Assembly (NCBI GenBank): GCA_002269645.1 | Contig: NIVC01000152.1 | Coordinates: 124,001-188,000 of the forward strand | Direction: 5' to 3' | Source of the DNA: Macrostomum lignano | Lineage: Eukaryota | Length of the DNA: 64,000 nt | Shown here: piece by piece, positions 22,583 through 32,911 of the stretch | Position numbering within the stretch: the first letter of the stretch is position 1 | Layout: each line of letters begins with the position of its first letter | Position numbers and translations under genes: made by a program | Notes under the pieces: generated by a model | Database searches by the model: none | What the model was told of the DNA's origin: nothing | What the model saw: the letters and a program-made list of their open reading frames with translations, nothing else

Positions 22583-22935
22583 TAGTAGTAGTAATAAAAA
22601 ATATCCAACGAACGTATCTTTTAAAAGATTATACTTTGAATTATCGCCTTTACACGAAGCATTTGATTTAAACAATGCAGAAATAATACGTTAAGGCTTT
22701 TTGAAGCGGTATATTTTCATGTAGTGAAAAAGTTCAAACTATAAGGTTACTTAAAAACTTATCTACTTTAACCAAGCTATATGTATGCTTGGATAGCAAC
22801 TAGACAGTGCAGAATTTTAATATTTGTTTAATTTACATTTTCAGATTTTATAAGATTCGGTGAGGGTCTTTGAGTCCAAACCCAAGGACCAAGGTTCGTA
22901 GGACGTAGGCTGAGGCTCAAGTTACATAATCTTTA

Positions 22936-23000
22936 ATGGCTGGAAACAAAGAGAAACCGGAGCTACCAGATCATGACTTCACGGCAAAGGATCGAATCTG
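22936..23000 (+). CDS. CIMIP1: Ciliary microtubule inner protein 1 (C20orf85/LLC1 family), exon 1
   Basis: MAGNKEKPELPDHDFTAKDRIW; donor TG|GTGAGC. Missed by the ORF track because it is short. Confidence 0.8.
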
Positions 23001-23194
23001 GTGAGCTTCCAATCGTGGTTCTTTTTTGCTAACTTTTGCTTTACGCCTTTGACAACTTTAGACAATAAAACGAAGGTAAAAATATTTTACCCTAAAATAC
23101 TAAACTCATAACAGAGATTAAGACTGATTTATAAAACTAACTATACTATAAATAGATTTTCAATTGATATCATGCACTTATATATCTCTTGCAG

Positions 23195-23276
23195 GAAGGA
23201 TCATTGCGACAAGGAAAAGAATTTCGCAAGACACTGGCAAGGCACTTGGGGTTTCATGGCCCAGTCCTACGACGAG
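23195..23276 (+). CDS. CIMIP1: CIMIP1 exon 2
   Basis: Acceptor TTGCAG|G; (W)KDHCDKEKNFARHWQGTWGFMAQSYDE, compare C20orf85 IWK..E....NW...WGFL; donor GAG|GTATGT. Confidence 0.82.
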
Positions 23277-23290
23277 GTATGTACAGATCG

Positions 23291-24122
23291 TGTCACGTTA
23301 TTGGCGTAGTGGCTAGGACCCTTAAAAGGGCCGTTTGACGAGAACTGTCGTAAGTCGTTGTTGTCCCAAAATGAATCGAAGTCAATTCTTGCAAAATGGA
23401 TTGTGTAGCGGAGCACTTGGCGTATAAGGGCAGGAAACTGCCGTAGTTAATTTATTGTTGAGATCAATATTAGAACTGGTTAATGTCAATACAAAACTTA
23501 TTGCGCTTTGGGACACTGGCGGCTGCAACAAAGGTTTTGAAGGTAATTTAGAATGATGAAGTCGAGTAGCAGACGAAGGATACAATGGTGACGTAACGTG
23601 GTGGGTGATGGCGATGAGCACAATGGAAGCAGTGAGTAGCAAGTAGACAGGCAGATAAGTAGCGGCGAGAATGGCGTTAGCCGTGGCAGTACACAGTGGA
23701 GTAACGGTGTGTAAACAGGCGGGCCCAGACAGAGGAGCCGTGGCGAGAGATAAGGAGGCTCGAGGCAGCCAGGCGAGAGAAGGAAAACGAGACGAAAACA
23801 GAAGGGCCGCAAGTGAAGACCCCCCCCAGGCCGCCGCCAGGCGGGGGTTAATAAAGGGGCGCAGAAGGTTTAGCATAAAACACGGAGAGTTTTCATTGGC
23901 TGGCGGGAGAACTTGAAATTATCGATCGTGCTAGATTTTACAGACGAACGCAAGGTTTACCAAATACACAGTGAATTAGCAATAGCAATTGATACAGATT
24001 AGTTGCACGCTACTACAAGTAAACGTTAAAATAAACTATTGGAGAATTTTAAATGAGAAATTGCAAGGGAAACTACAGTCCAACGGCCCTTTTGCGGGAC
24101 CTCCTTAACTAGCAACGTCACA
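23291..24122 (-). mobile_element. Solo LTR of the same Gypsy family (diverged), in CIMIP1 intron 2
   Basis: tgtcacgttattggcgtag...aacgtcaca; 5-bp TSD GATCG (23286-23290, 24123-24127); colinear with 8968-9790 but with many substitutions and indels. Confidence 0.9.
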
Positions 24123-24197
24123 GATCGCAAAATCAGTTCAAAACAAAGTAAATTTACTGTTGGATTGAGTTATATTTACTAAATTGTTCACACCCAG

Positions 24198-24466
24198 GTG
24201 ATAAAAGACGAATTGCCAAAGCTTCGCAATCCGGAGCTGCAGAAGCTAAAACAGAATCAACTGAAGCAGCAGCAGACGGAGAAGTCCTCTGACGACGGCT
24301 GCATTCGTGCCCAGCCGTCGCCGAAGCCAGTGCCGCGAACCACTGGTCGAGAGATCGGCTGGCGCTCGGCGAGCCGTCGTTGGCGCTGGACAAATACGGC
24401 AGGGAGGCCCGGCCTCGCGGCTCTCTGATTCGTCAGTTCAACTGGCCGACCGAGGCGCTGCCCTGA
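24198..24466 (+). CDS. CIMIP1: CIMIP1 exon 3 (1-nt deletion near 24371)
   Basis: IRAQPSPKPVPRTTGREIGWRS matches C20orf85 PSPPVPQTTQGFIGWRS. Adding one G gives AEPSLALDKYGREARPRGSLIRQFNWPTEALP*, matching the family C-terminal G...R.L.WP. Confidence 0.82.
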
Positions 24467-25099
24467 GCACAGAAAAATTAAAATGGCAGTACCCGTTTTT
24501 GTTTACTGCGAGATTTTCAGTCAAAACTGACCGTCAGCGCAATTCGGCGTTTTTTATTCTATTTTTGTTTTTTTACACGCCGATTAACAGTAATAATAAC
24601 TTTTACTAAAAATATTCTGCATTCCTTTGCACTGATAGATACTTTGTCGAAGTTTCTTCAGACGAAGCTTCTCATTTTCGTTATGCTCAAGTCACTTTAT
24701 TTTTTTAACTTTATTTTATGCCAATTTTCACTGCTTGCCAAGTCAAATTAATATAGGTTGCTTCGCTTTCGCGTATTTTTCTCACATTTTATGGGCTTTG
24801 TTAGAATCTTAACCTACTTTATTAATTCATAATTGTTTTACTAGTTGTGCTTTTTATAAATAAACAACTCAAAGCTGCACTGGTCACTTTTACGCACATC
24901 AGCACGATAAATTCAATAAATAATTGTGGATTATTTTTATTTTGATTACATTTCAGCTGCTAAATAGACAGTTTCCTGCAGCAGGCAATGTTGCTCAGAA
25001 ATAAATACAGATGAAAAAGTTGAGGATGAACAGAAACAGAAACAAGTGAAAGTGAATACTGTACTGAGAGTGCAACTGACTTTAGGGCCGGCTGATCTC

Positions 25100-25945
25100 T
25101 GTAGTTCAGGGATTGGTCGGGAGATCTGTGCACATCAGGGTTTGGTCAGGTGGACTGTGCACATCAGGGATTGGTCGGGAGATCTGTGCACATCAGGGAT
25201 TGGTCGGGAGATCTGTGCACATCAGGGTTTGGTCAGGTGGACTGTGCACATCAGGGATTGGTCGGGAGATCTGTGCACATCAGGGGTTGGTCAGGTGTAC
25301 TGTGCACATCAGGGATTGGTCGGGAGATCTGTGCACATCAGGGGTTGGTCAGGTGGACTGTGCACATCAGGGATTGGTCGGGAGATCTGTGCACATCAGG
25401 GGTTGGTCAGGTGGACTGTGCACATCAGGGATTGGTCGGGAGATCTGTGCACATCAGGGGTTGGTCAGGTGGACTGTGCACATCAGGGATTGGTCGGGAG
25501 ATCTGTGTACATCAGGGATTCGTCAGGTGTACTGTGCACATCAGGGATTGGTCGGGAGATCTGTGCACATCAGGGGTTGGTCAGGTGGACTGTGCACATC
25601 AGGGATTGGTCGGGAGATCTGTGCACATCAGGGGTTGGTCAGGTGGACTGTGCACATCAGGGATTGGTCGGGAGATCTGTGTACATCAGGGATTCGTCAG
25701 GTGTACTGTGCACATCAGGGATTGGTCGGGAGATCTGTGCACATCAGGGGTTGGTCAGGTGGACTGTGCACATCAGGGATTGGTCGGGAGATCTGTGCAC
25801 ATCAGGGGTTGGTCAGGTGGACTGTGCACATCAGGGATTGGTCGGGAGATCTGTGCACATCAGGGATTGGTCAGGTGGACTGTGCACATCAGGGATTGGT
25901 CGGGAGATCTGTGCACATCAGGGGCTGGTCAGGTGGACTGTGTAC
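25100..25945. repeat. 29-bp minisatellite with two alternating variants (GGGATTGGTCGGGAGATCTGTGCACATCA / GGGGTTGGTCAGGTGGACTGTGCACATCA)
   Basis: Direct reading, about 29 monomers. Confidence 0.95.
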
Positions 25946-26506
25946 GTCAGAGACCGAGTGCTAACGCACTCACCTATGCACATTAGTGCAAAGCTGTTAA
26001 GTCCTGAGTGAATAGCGGTAGGACAACCTTTAATCAAATTAAAAAATTGCAGTAAAAACTAAACAGAAATAATACTAAAAATATATTAATTTTATTAGCT
26101 CTAGTACGGGTTAGACGGAGATGGGCCTAACAACAGCAAAATATTCTAAGTAAGAACATACAATGAGTGACTGAAGACTCTAGCATTTTGGATAATTAAT
26201 CAATGTTAAATTTCACTGCGGTCTGAATATTTATTACATTTTATATTAACATGTAACTTCATATTTAAAAGAAATCCACTGTTGTTTCGCTTATTTGTAC
26301 TTTTATATCAAATAAAAACCATATTCACGAATGCTAAAACTAAAAGGAAGTTTTTAAGTAGTAGGGACAGAATTCTAGTTGCAATATTTATTACACTGTA
26401 GATTCCTGCTTTTTAAAAGATTTAAGTTTTTTATCAATACACATCAAGTTAAAAAGAAATGCGCCCTACATCTAAACAATTGCGGTTGCTTTTTGGCTTG
26501 GTTTTA

Positions 26507-27290
26507 GTAGTGGGGCCAGTGTTGGAGTGGATTGTGGGGCCAGTGTTGGAGTGGATTGTGGGGCCAGTGTTGGAGTGGATTGTGGGGCCAGTGTTGGAGT
26601 GGATTGTGGGGCCAGTGTTGGAGTGGATTGTGGGGCCAGTGTTGGAGTGGATTGTGGGGCCAGTGTTGGAGTGGATTGTGGGGCCAGTGTTGGAGTGGAT
26701 TGTGGGGCCAGTGTTGGAGTGGATTGTGGGGCCAGTGTTGGAGTGGATTGTGGGGCCAGTGTTGGAGTGGATTGTGGGGCCACTGTTGGAGTGGATTGTG
26801 GGGCCAGTGTTGGAGTGGATTGTGGGGCCACTGTTGGAGTGGATTGTGGGGCCAGTGTTGCAGTGGATTGTGGGGCCACTGTTGGAGTGGATTGGGGGCC
26901 ACTGTTGCAGTGGATTGTGGGGCCACTGTTGGAGTGGATTGGGGGCCACTGTTGGAGTGGATTGTGGGGCCACTGTTGGAGTGGATTGTGGGGCCACTGT
27001 TGGAGTGGATTGTGGGGCCACTGTTGGAGTGGATTGTGGGGCCTCTGTTGGAGTGGATTGTGGGGCCAGTGTTGGAGTGGATTGTGATAACACTGTTGGA
27101 GTGGATTGTGGGGCCAGTGTTGGAGTGGATTGTGAGGACACTGATGGAGTGGATTATGATAACACTGTTGGAGTGGATTGTGGGGTCAGTGTTGGAGTGG
27201 ATTGTGATAACACTGTTGGAGTGGAATGTGAGGACACTGTTGGAGTGGATTGTGATAAAACTGTTGGAGTGGATTGTGAGGACACTGTTA
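26507..27290. repeat. 24-bp minisatellite (TGTGGGGCCAGTGTTGGAGTGGAT), degenerating rightwards
   Basis: 8-aa periodic ORFs in several frames on both strands. Confidence 0.95.
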
Positions 27291-27507
27291 GAGCGGATTT
27301 GTGGACCCTGAGGTGGCTCCTGTGAGGCGGCTCAGTGGCAGCTGGGTGAAGCATTACCAAGCGATGCTCAAAGCGGAGCTGCAGTTGATTTTGGGAGAGC
27401 GTTGACAGGGAATTCTCAGCTTCTCAGAGATTCCGCTTGCAGCGGTTTTGAACCTACAGAAAGAGCATTAGAAAAATGAATTCATAAGTCACGGTAATGA
27501 AAATTTA

Positions 27508-28257
27508 TTAATTATCCGCCTTCTGCAGCCGCTCGCCCAGAAGTCGCAGCTCCTCGCCGATGGCCGGCGGGAGGTCCCGATGCAGCTGGTTGCCGAAATA
27601 GGCCTCCAGCTCCTTGCACTCGTTCAACCAGAAGTCCTTAGGCACCGAGTACAGCTCGCCGAGGTCTACGCGCTCCTGCAGGCCGTCCAAGTTGACGGCG
27701 TCTGCCTTCGGCACCCGTCCGATCGGCGTGTCGACTGCGCAATCCTCGCCGTCGATTCGCCGACAGATCCAGTCGAGGACGCGGCAGTTCTCGCCGAATC
27801 CAGGCCACAAAAATTTGCCATCCTGGCCTTTGCGGAACCAGTTGACGTGGAAAATCTTTGGCAGCTTCAGACCCGGCTTCTCCTCGAAGCTCAGCCAGTG
27901 GTCGATGTAGTCAGCAAAGTTGTAGCCGAAGAACGGGCGCATGGCGAAGGGGTCATGCATGATCACCTTGCCCTTGTGCTCGGCCGCCGCTGTGGCCTCC
28001 GAGCGCATCGAGGCACCAATAAACACGCCGTGTCGCCAGCTGTTGGCCTCGAATACCAGGGGCACCCCCGCTGGGCGGCGGCCCCCGAAGATCACGGCGC
28101 TGATCGGGACGCCCTCGGGACTCTCCCAGTCGGGGTCCATGGACGGGCACTGCGAGGCCGGGGCGCAGAAACGCGAGTTCGGATGGGCGGCCTGGTTGCG
28201 GCTGTGCGGAGTCCACATCTCGCCTCTCCAGCTGGTGACGCCAACGGAGGTGTCCAC
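27508..28257 (-). CDS. PCK2: Phosphoenolpyruvate carboxykinase (GTP), exon 3
   Basis: [44 protein letters not shown]; acceptor CCGCAG|GTG; stop TAA 27508-27510. Confidence 0.95.
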   Translation of the reverse strand: MDTSVGVTSWRGEMWTPHSRNQAAHPNSRFCAPASQCPSMDPDWESPEGVPISAVIFGGRRPAGVPLVFEANSWRHGVFIGASMRSEATAAAEHKGKVIMHDPFAMRPFFGYNFADYIDHWLSFEEKPGLKLPKIFHVNWFRKGQDGKFLWPGFGENCRVLDWICRRIDGEDCAVDTPIGRVPKADAVNLDGLQERVDLGELYSVPKDFWLNECKELEAYFGNQLHRDLPPAIGEELRLLGERLQKADN

Positions 28258-28294
28258 CTGCGGGACCGCATGATGGTCAGTTACAAGGATTGTG

Positions 28295-28585
28295 AATTGG
28301 CTGGGGAGTGCGGTGGCTGGGAAGTGAGGTGGCTGTGGAGTGAGGTGACTGAGGATTGGGGTGGCTAAGGAGTGAGGTGGCTGGGGAGTTGGGTGGCAGG
28401 GGAGGGGAGTGAGGTGGCTGGGGAGTAAGGTGGCTGGGAGTGAGGTGGCTGAGGAGTGAGGTGGCTGGGAAGTGAGGTGGCTGGGAGTGAGGTGGCTGGG
28501 TAGTGGGGTGGCTGAGAGTGAGGTGGCAGGGGATTGGGGTGGTTGGGGAGTGAAGCGGCTGGATACTGGGGTGGCTGCGGAGTTG
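28295..28585. repeat. About 16-bp G-rich degenerate repeat (GAGTGAGGTGGCTGGG) in PEPCK intron 2
   Basis: Direct reading. Confidence 0.85.
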
Positions 28586-28614
28586 GGTGAGCCGAGCACG
28601 CAGACTACGCGAAC

Positions 28615-28829
28615 CTCCTTCTCCAGGCCTTCCAGTAGACGCCGCCGTCGCCGGTCTCGCCCACATTGGTGAAGATGGTGTTGCTCTGTATAGTGCGCAT
28701 CGCATTGGGGTTGGTGTGGCTGCAGGTGCCGGGCGCCACGCCGAAAAAGCCGGCCTCCGGGTTGATAGCGCGCAAAACTCCGTCGGCATCGAATTTCATC
28801 CAGGCGATGTCGTCTCCGACGCATTCGAC
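28615..28829 (-). CDS. PCK2: PEPCK exon 2 (1-nt deletion near 28632)
   Basis: [29 protein letters not shown]; 215 nt, needs one G to give YWEGLEKE; acceptor CCGTAG|GTC, donor GAG|GTTCGC. Confidence 0.92.
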
Positions 28830-29599
28830 CTACGGGCAAGTAGTATGGATGGAGTGTTTTGGCTTTTTCCGTTAAAAAATCTAGTAAAATAAGCAATAAA
28901 TATAATTATTGCGTATGATTAGGCAGAGAACATTGGAAGGTCAATCGAAAGCCGAATTCGTTTCGTTATCAGTTAAAGAATAAGCAAAAGAACTAGTTAA
29001 GGTTGTGCTGAATACTGTGGCCCACTTGCTCATGCCCTCCAGGGCTCAAGGGTCGTATTTTCAAGTGGCGGACTTATATTTCCTACTTCACATAGGAAAT
29101 ACCAAATTTCCATGTTCCTTTATGACACTTTTAAACCGCTAAGGATTTTGTACATAAAGTTTCCCAAATCTGCTGTGTAAAAAGAATACAATTTGCTTCT
29201 ATAGGAACGGAAAAAACGGGCTGCCTCCAAGACAGTACAGTATAGAAAGCTTTCCATAGTTTCATACTAATAAAAGGGTAGCAGCCATCTGTAATGTGCA
29301 ATCTGTCTGCACAGGTAAGCTAGGTAAACAAGTGCCCAACACACGAGAAGGTTAGAATTCCTAGACAGCTAGAACCACACTGAGCTACGTAAAAGTAAGA
29401 AGAAGGCATAGCCATATAAAATTTGTAGAGAGATTTCTTCATTCTTTTAACAACTGCCGCTAACCATATAGTGACAAAAACAATACTTTTATTGCGTTAT
29501 TCAAAGAGTACATTGCGCGTACATTGCGAGTACATTGCGCGCTTGGGACAATCTCGGGCGGAAAACTTGGGTCTTCAGGAGAAGCGTAAACTCAGGAGA

Positions 29600-30505
29600 G
29601 AAATCTCAGAGGGACAATTTCAGGGGGGGGGGTGGCAATCTCAGGAGGGTAACAATCTCAGAGGGAAATCTCACCTCAGTAGGGGACAATCTCAGGAAGT
29701 GGGACAATCTCAGGAAGGGGGACAATCTCAGGAAGTGGGACAATCTCAGGAAGGGGGACAATCTCAGGAAGGGGGACAATCTCAGGAAGGGGGACAATCT
29801 GAGGAAGGGGGCAATCTCAGTCAGGACAATCTCAGGAGGGGACAATCTCAGGAAGGGGGAACAATCTCAGTCAGGACAATCTCAGGAGGGAAACAATCTC
29901 AGGAGGAGGAACAATCTCAGTCAGGACAATCTCAGTCGGGACAATCTCAGGAGGATTAACAATCTCAGGGGGAAATCTCAGAAGGGAACAATCTTAGTGG
30001 TAAAAAATCTCAGGGGGAACAATCTCAGTGGGGAAAATCTCGGGAGGGGGAACAATCTCAGTGGTAAACAATCTCAGGGGGAACAATCTCAGTGGGGACA
30101 ATCTTGGGAGGGGGAACAATCTCAGTGGTAAACAATCTCAGGGGGAACAATCTCAGTGGGGACAATCTTGGGAGGGGGAACAATCTCAGTGGTAAACAAT
30201 CTCAGGGGGAACAATCTCAGTGGGGAAAATCTCGGGAGGGGGAACAATCTCAGTGGTAAACAATCTCAGGGGGAACAATCTCAGTGGGGACAATCTTGGG
30301 AGGGGGAACAATCTCAGTGGTAAACAATCTCAGGGGGAACAATCTCAGTGGGGACAATCTCGGGAGGGGGAACAATCTCAGTGGGGACAATCTCGGGAGG
30401 GGACTATCTCGCTACCTCGGGAGGGGGAACAATCTCAGTGGTAAACAATCTCAGGGGGAACAATCTCAGTGGTAAACAATCTCAGGAGGGGGACAACTCA
30501 GGAGG
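29600..30505. repeat. Modular ACAATCTCAG-core tandem repeat in PEPCK intron 1
   Basis: Dozens of ACAATCTC(A/G)G cores with G-rich linkers; later 64-bp higher-order unit. Confidence 0.9.
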
Positions 30506-30604
30506 GGGCCAATGTCAGGGTATATATACCATTAATAATGAATAATTCATAAAAGCTGACAGACACACAGAAACAGAAGCAGGCCCCCCAATCCGCAGAC
30601 TCAC

Positions 30605-31564
30605 CTTATAGCCCGGCAAAGTAGGCTGCAGCATAGCCAAATTAGTCTTGCCGCAGGCGGAGGGAAACGCGGCAGCAACGTATTTTTTATTGCCGCGCGG
30701 ATCAGTGATGCCCAGAATGAGCATGTGCTCAGCTACCCAGCCCTCTCGCTTGCCAAGAATCGAGCCAAGGCGTAGGGCGAAGCACTTCTTCCCTAGTAGG
30801 GAATTGCCGCCGTAGCCGGAACCAAAGCTGGCAATCTCGTTACGGTCGGGTATGTGCGATATTAAAATCTTAGACGGATTGCAAGGCCAGTTCTGTACTA
30901 GAGGTTTACTAATGTTTTTCAACGGTAGGCCAACTGAGTGCAAGCATTTCACGTAGTTGTCGCCTTGGATAGCGTCGAGAGCGGCCCGGCCCATTCTAGT
31001 CATGATACGCATTGAGGCCACTACGTAGGGCGAGTCGGTTAGCTGAATGCCCAGCTTGCTGATTGGCCCGCCAACCGGGCCCATGCTGAACGGTATGATG
31101 TACATCGCCCTGCCGGCCATGCAGCCGGGGAATCGGTCCTGCAGAGCCGCCTGCAGGTCGCTAGGCGACATCCAATTCCCCAGCTGGCCTTTGACGCCCT
31201 CCTTCGGTATCGGGACAGTCTGGCGCTTGTCGGCCGTGCTAATAACTGTCTTGCTTTCCACTCTGGCCACGTCGGCTGGGTCGGTGCGGACTAGCCAGCA
31301 GTTGTCCATCTTGCGCAACGGCTTAGCAATACCGGCCCGGCGCATTATCTCTAGGAAGCGTTTATTCTCCTCCTCGGATCCGTCGCACAGGTAGATATCG
31401 TCGGGTTGGCATAGATTAGCCTTCTCCTTGACATAGTTGCGCACCGACTGCGGTAGAGCCGATAGAGTTGTCGGCACGTCGGCTAGGCCGCGCCGACTAC
31501 TGGCGCCAAATAATTGCTGCGCCATCGGCGATAATAATTGAACTCGAAGCAGACTGACGGACAT
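30605..31564 (-). CDS. PCK2: PEPCK (GTP) exon 1 with predicted mitochondrial presequence; full protein about 641 aa
   Basis: Arg/Ser/Leu-rich, acid-free N-terminus; [40 protein letters not shown]; donor AAG|GTGAGT. Confidence 0.95.
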
Positions 31565-32911
31565 GATTGCTGCTAGCTTTTGCTTGATTTCTTCTTTTCA
31601 AAGAAGCGGTTGAAATGAAAATGTGCGAGTGTCTTGTCGTAAGTAGAGAAATGGGTTAGGCAGACAGCTAGCTAGCTTAATATATAAGAAAGCGGAGAGT
31701 TTTGGGGAGAATGAACAACCTTTTAACGTCCCAGGCACACCCACCCCCTAAAAAACAGCTGTGCACTGCCTTACCCCCATTCCCATAGCAATGTACAGGG
31801 CGCGATGTGTACATTGCCCGGACAACACGTCCCCCACCCCGGCCCCAGACTCCATGAGCCAAGTGTGGTCTATACAGTTTGCGCACAAGGACATCTAGAA
31901 GGATAAGACTTGACTGAAGACTAAACAGCATGCTTTAGATTGGCCTAGCCGCCTAATGTCTTGCCTATAGTATAGTAGTAGAAGTAAAAATAAAGAACAT
32001 AGGATTTTTTATTAGTTACAGCGGTGTATCATTTCCATTTTTGTCACTAATCCGCCAAAATCGAGAGAATTCTTTCTCCGTTTTTCGGGTTAAGATAATA
32101 CAATCCAGTCCAGACATCACACTCTAGAATCCTAGATAGTCCTTGGCTTTAGTCATTTCTGGTTGGACAGACGGGCGGACTACTTACTACTTATTCACAC
32201 CATTGGCGTACGAAATAGACCCACCCACCAATTTAAACCAAAATCTATTTTTAGAAACGAAAGGACGGGGTCTTGAGAGAGAATCACCCCACGCAGCCCA
32301 CACCAACTTTTCCGCCCGGTAATTTTCCACGGCAGAAATGCTTCTAACTCGTATTAGGTTGGGGACAAACAGAACAGAAGCAAATCGTGGCAAAACCCAA
32401 TTGGCTGATTGTGATTAATAAATATTATATATTTATTTTTACCTACTAACACAGGATATCCGTATATATCCAAAAAATTAATTCTTTGCTTGTAGTTACC
32501 TAGCAGAGAATAAGGATTCGAAAATGGAAATAAAAGAGCTCTTTATATTCAACAGCACCTAATACCCTACCTTACCTATAGCTAACAACACCTACAGCTA
32601 AGCCTAACAATAAAATGTGACATAATTCCGTTTAGTAAAAGATCAAATCAAGAAAATATCAATGATAATTACTCATTCACAGTGAACCAGAAAACGGAAT
32701 TCAAATATTGCTGCAATGACTTTATTTTTTAATAAATTACGAATACAGAGCCTCTGATTATACTACTAATAAGCAGAATATAGGGATATTAAGAGGGCTT
32801 TTAGAAATGTAAGGTGGAAGATAAAAACACATTTTTTGAACAGACAGCAGACAGAAACTTCTTAAGTACGAAGCTAAACAACACTGAACATTTTTAAAGT
32901 CATTCTTGAGA

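Noticed and set aside
25046-27325. Multiple long periodic ORFs, and a CRISPR-like appearance
   Set aside because: Head-to-tail 29-bp and 24-bp minisatellites with no unique spacers and no cas genes, in a eukaryotic context.
28258-28896. N-terminal half of track ORF 27508..28896 (Pro/His-rich) as part of PEPCK
   Set aside because: It is read-through of the repeat-filled intron 2 and an off-frame exon 2.
29471-30545. SQEGG / GDNLR repeat ORFs
   Set aside because: Antisense translations of the PEPCK intron 1 minisatellite.
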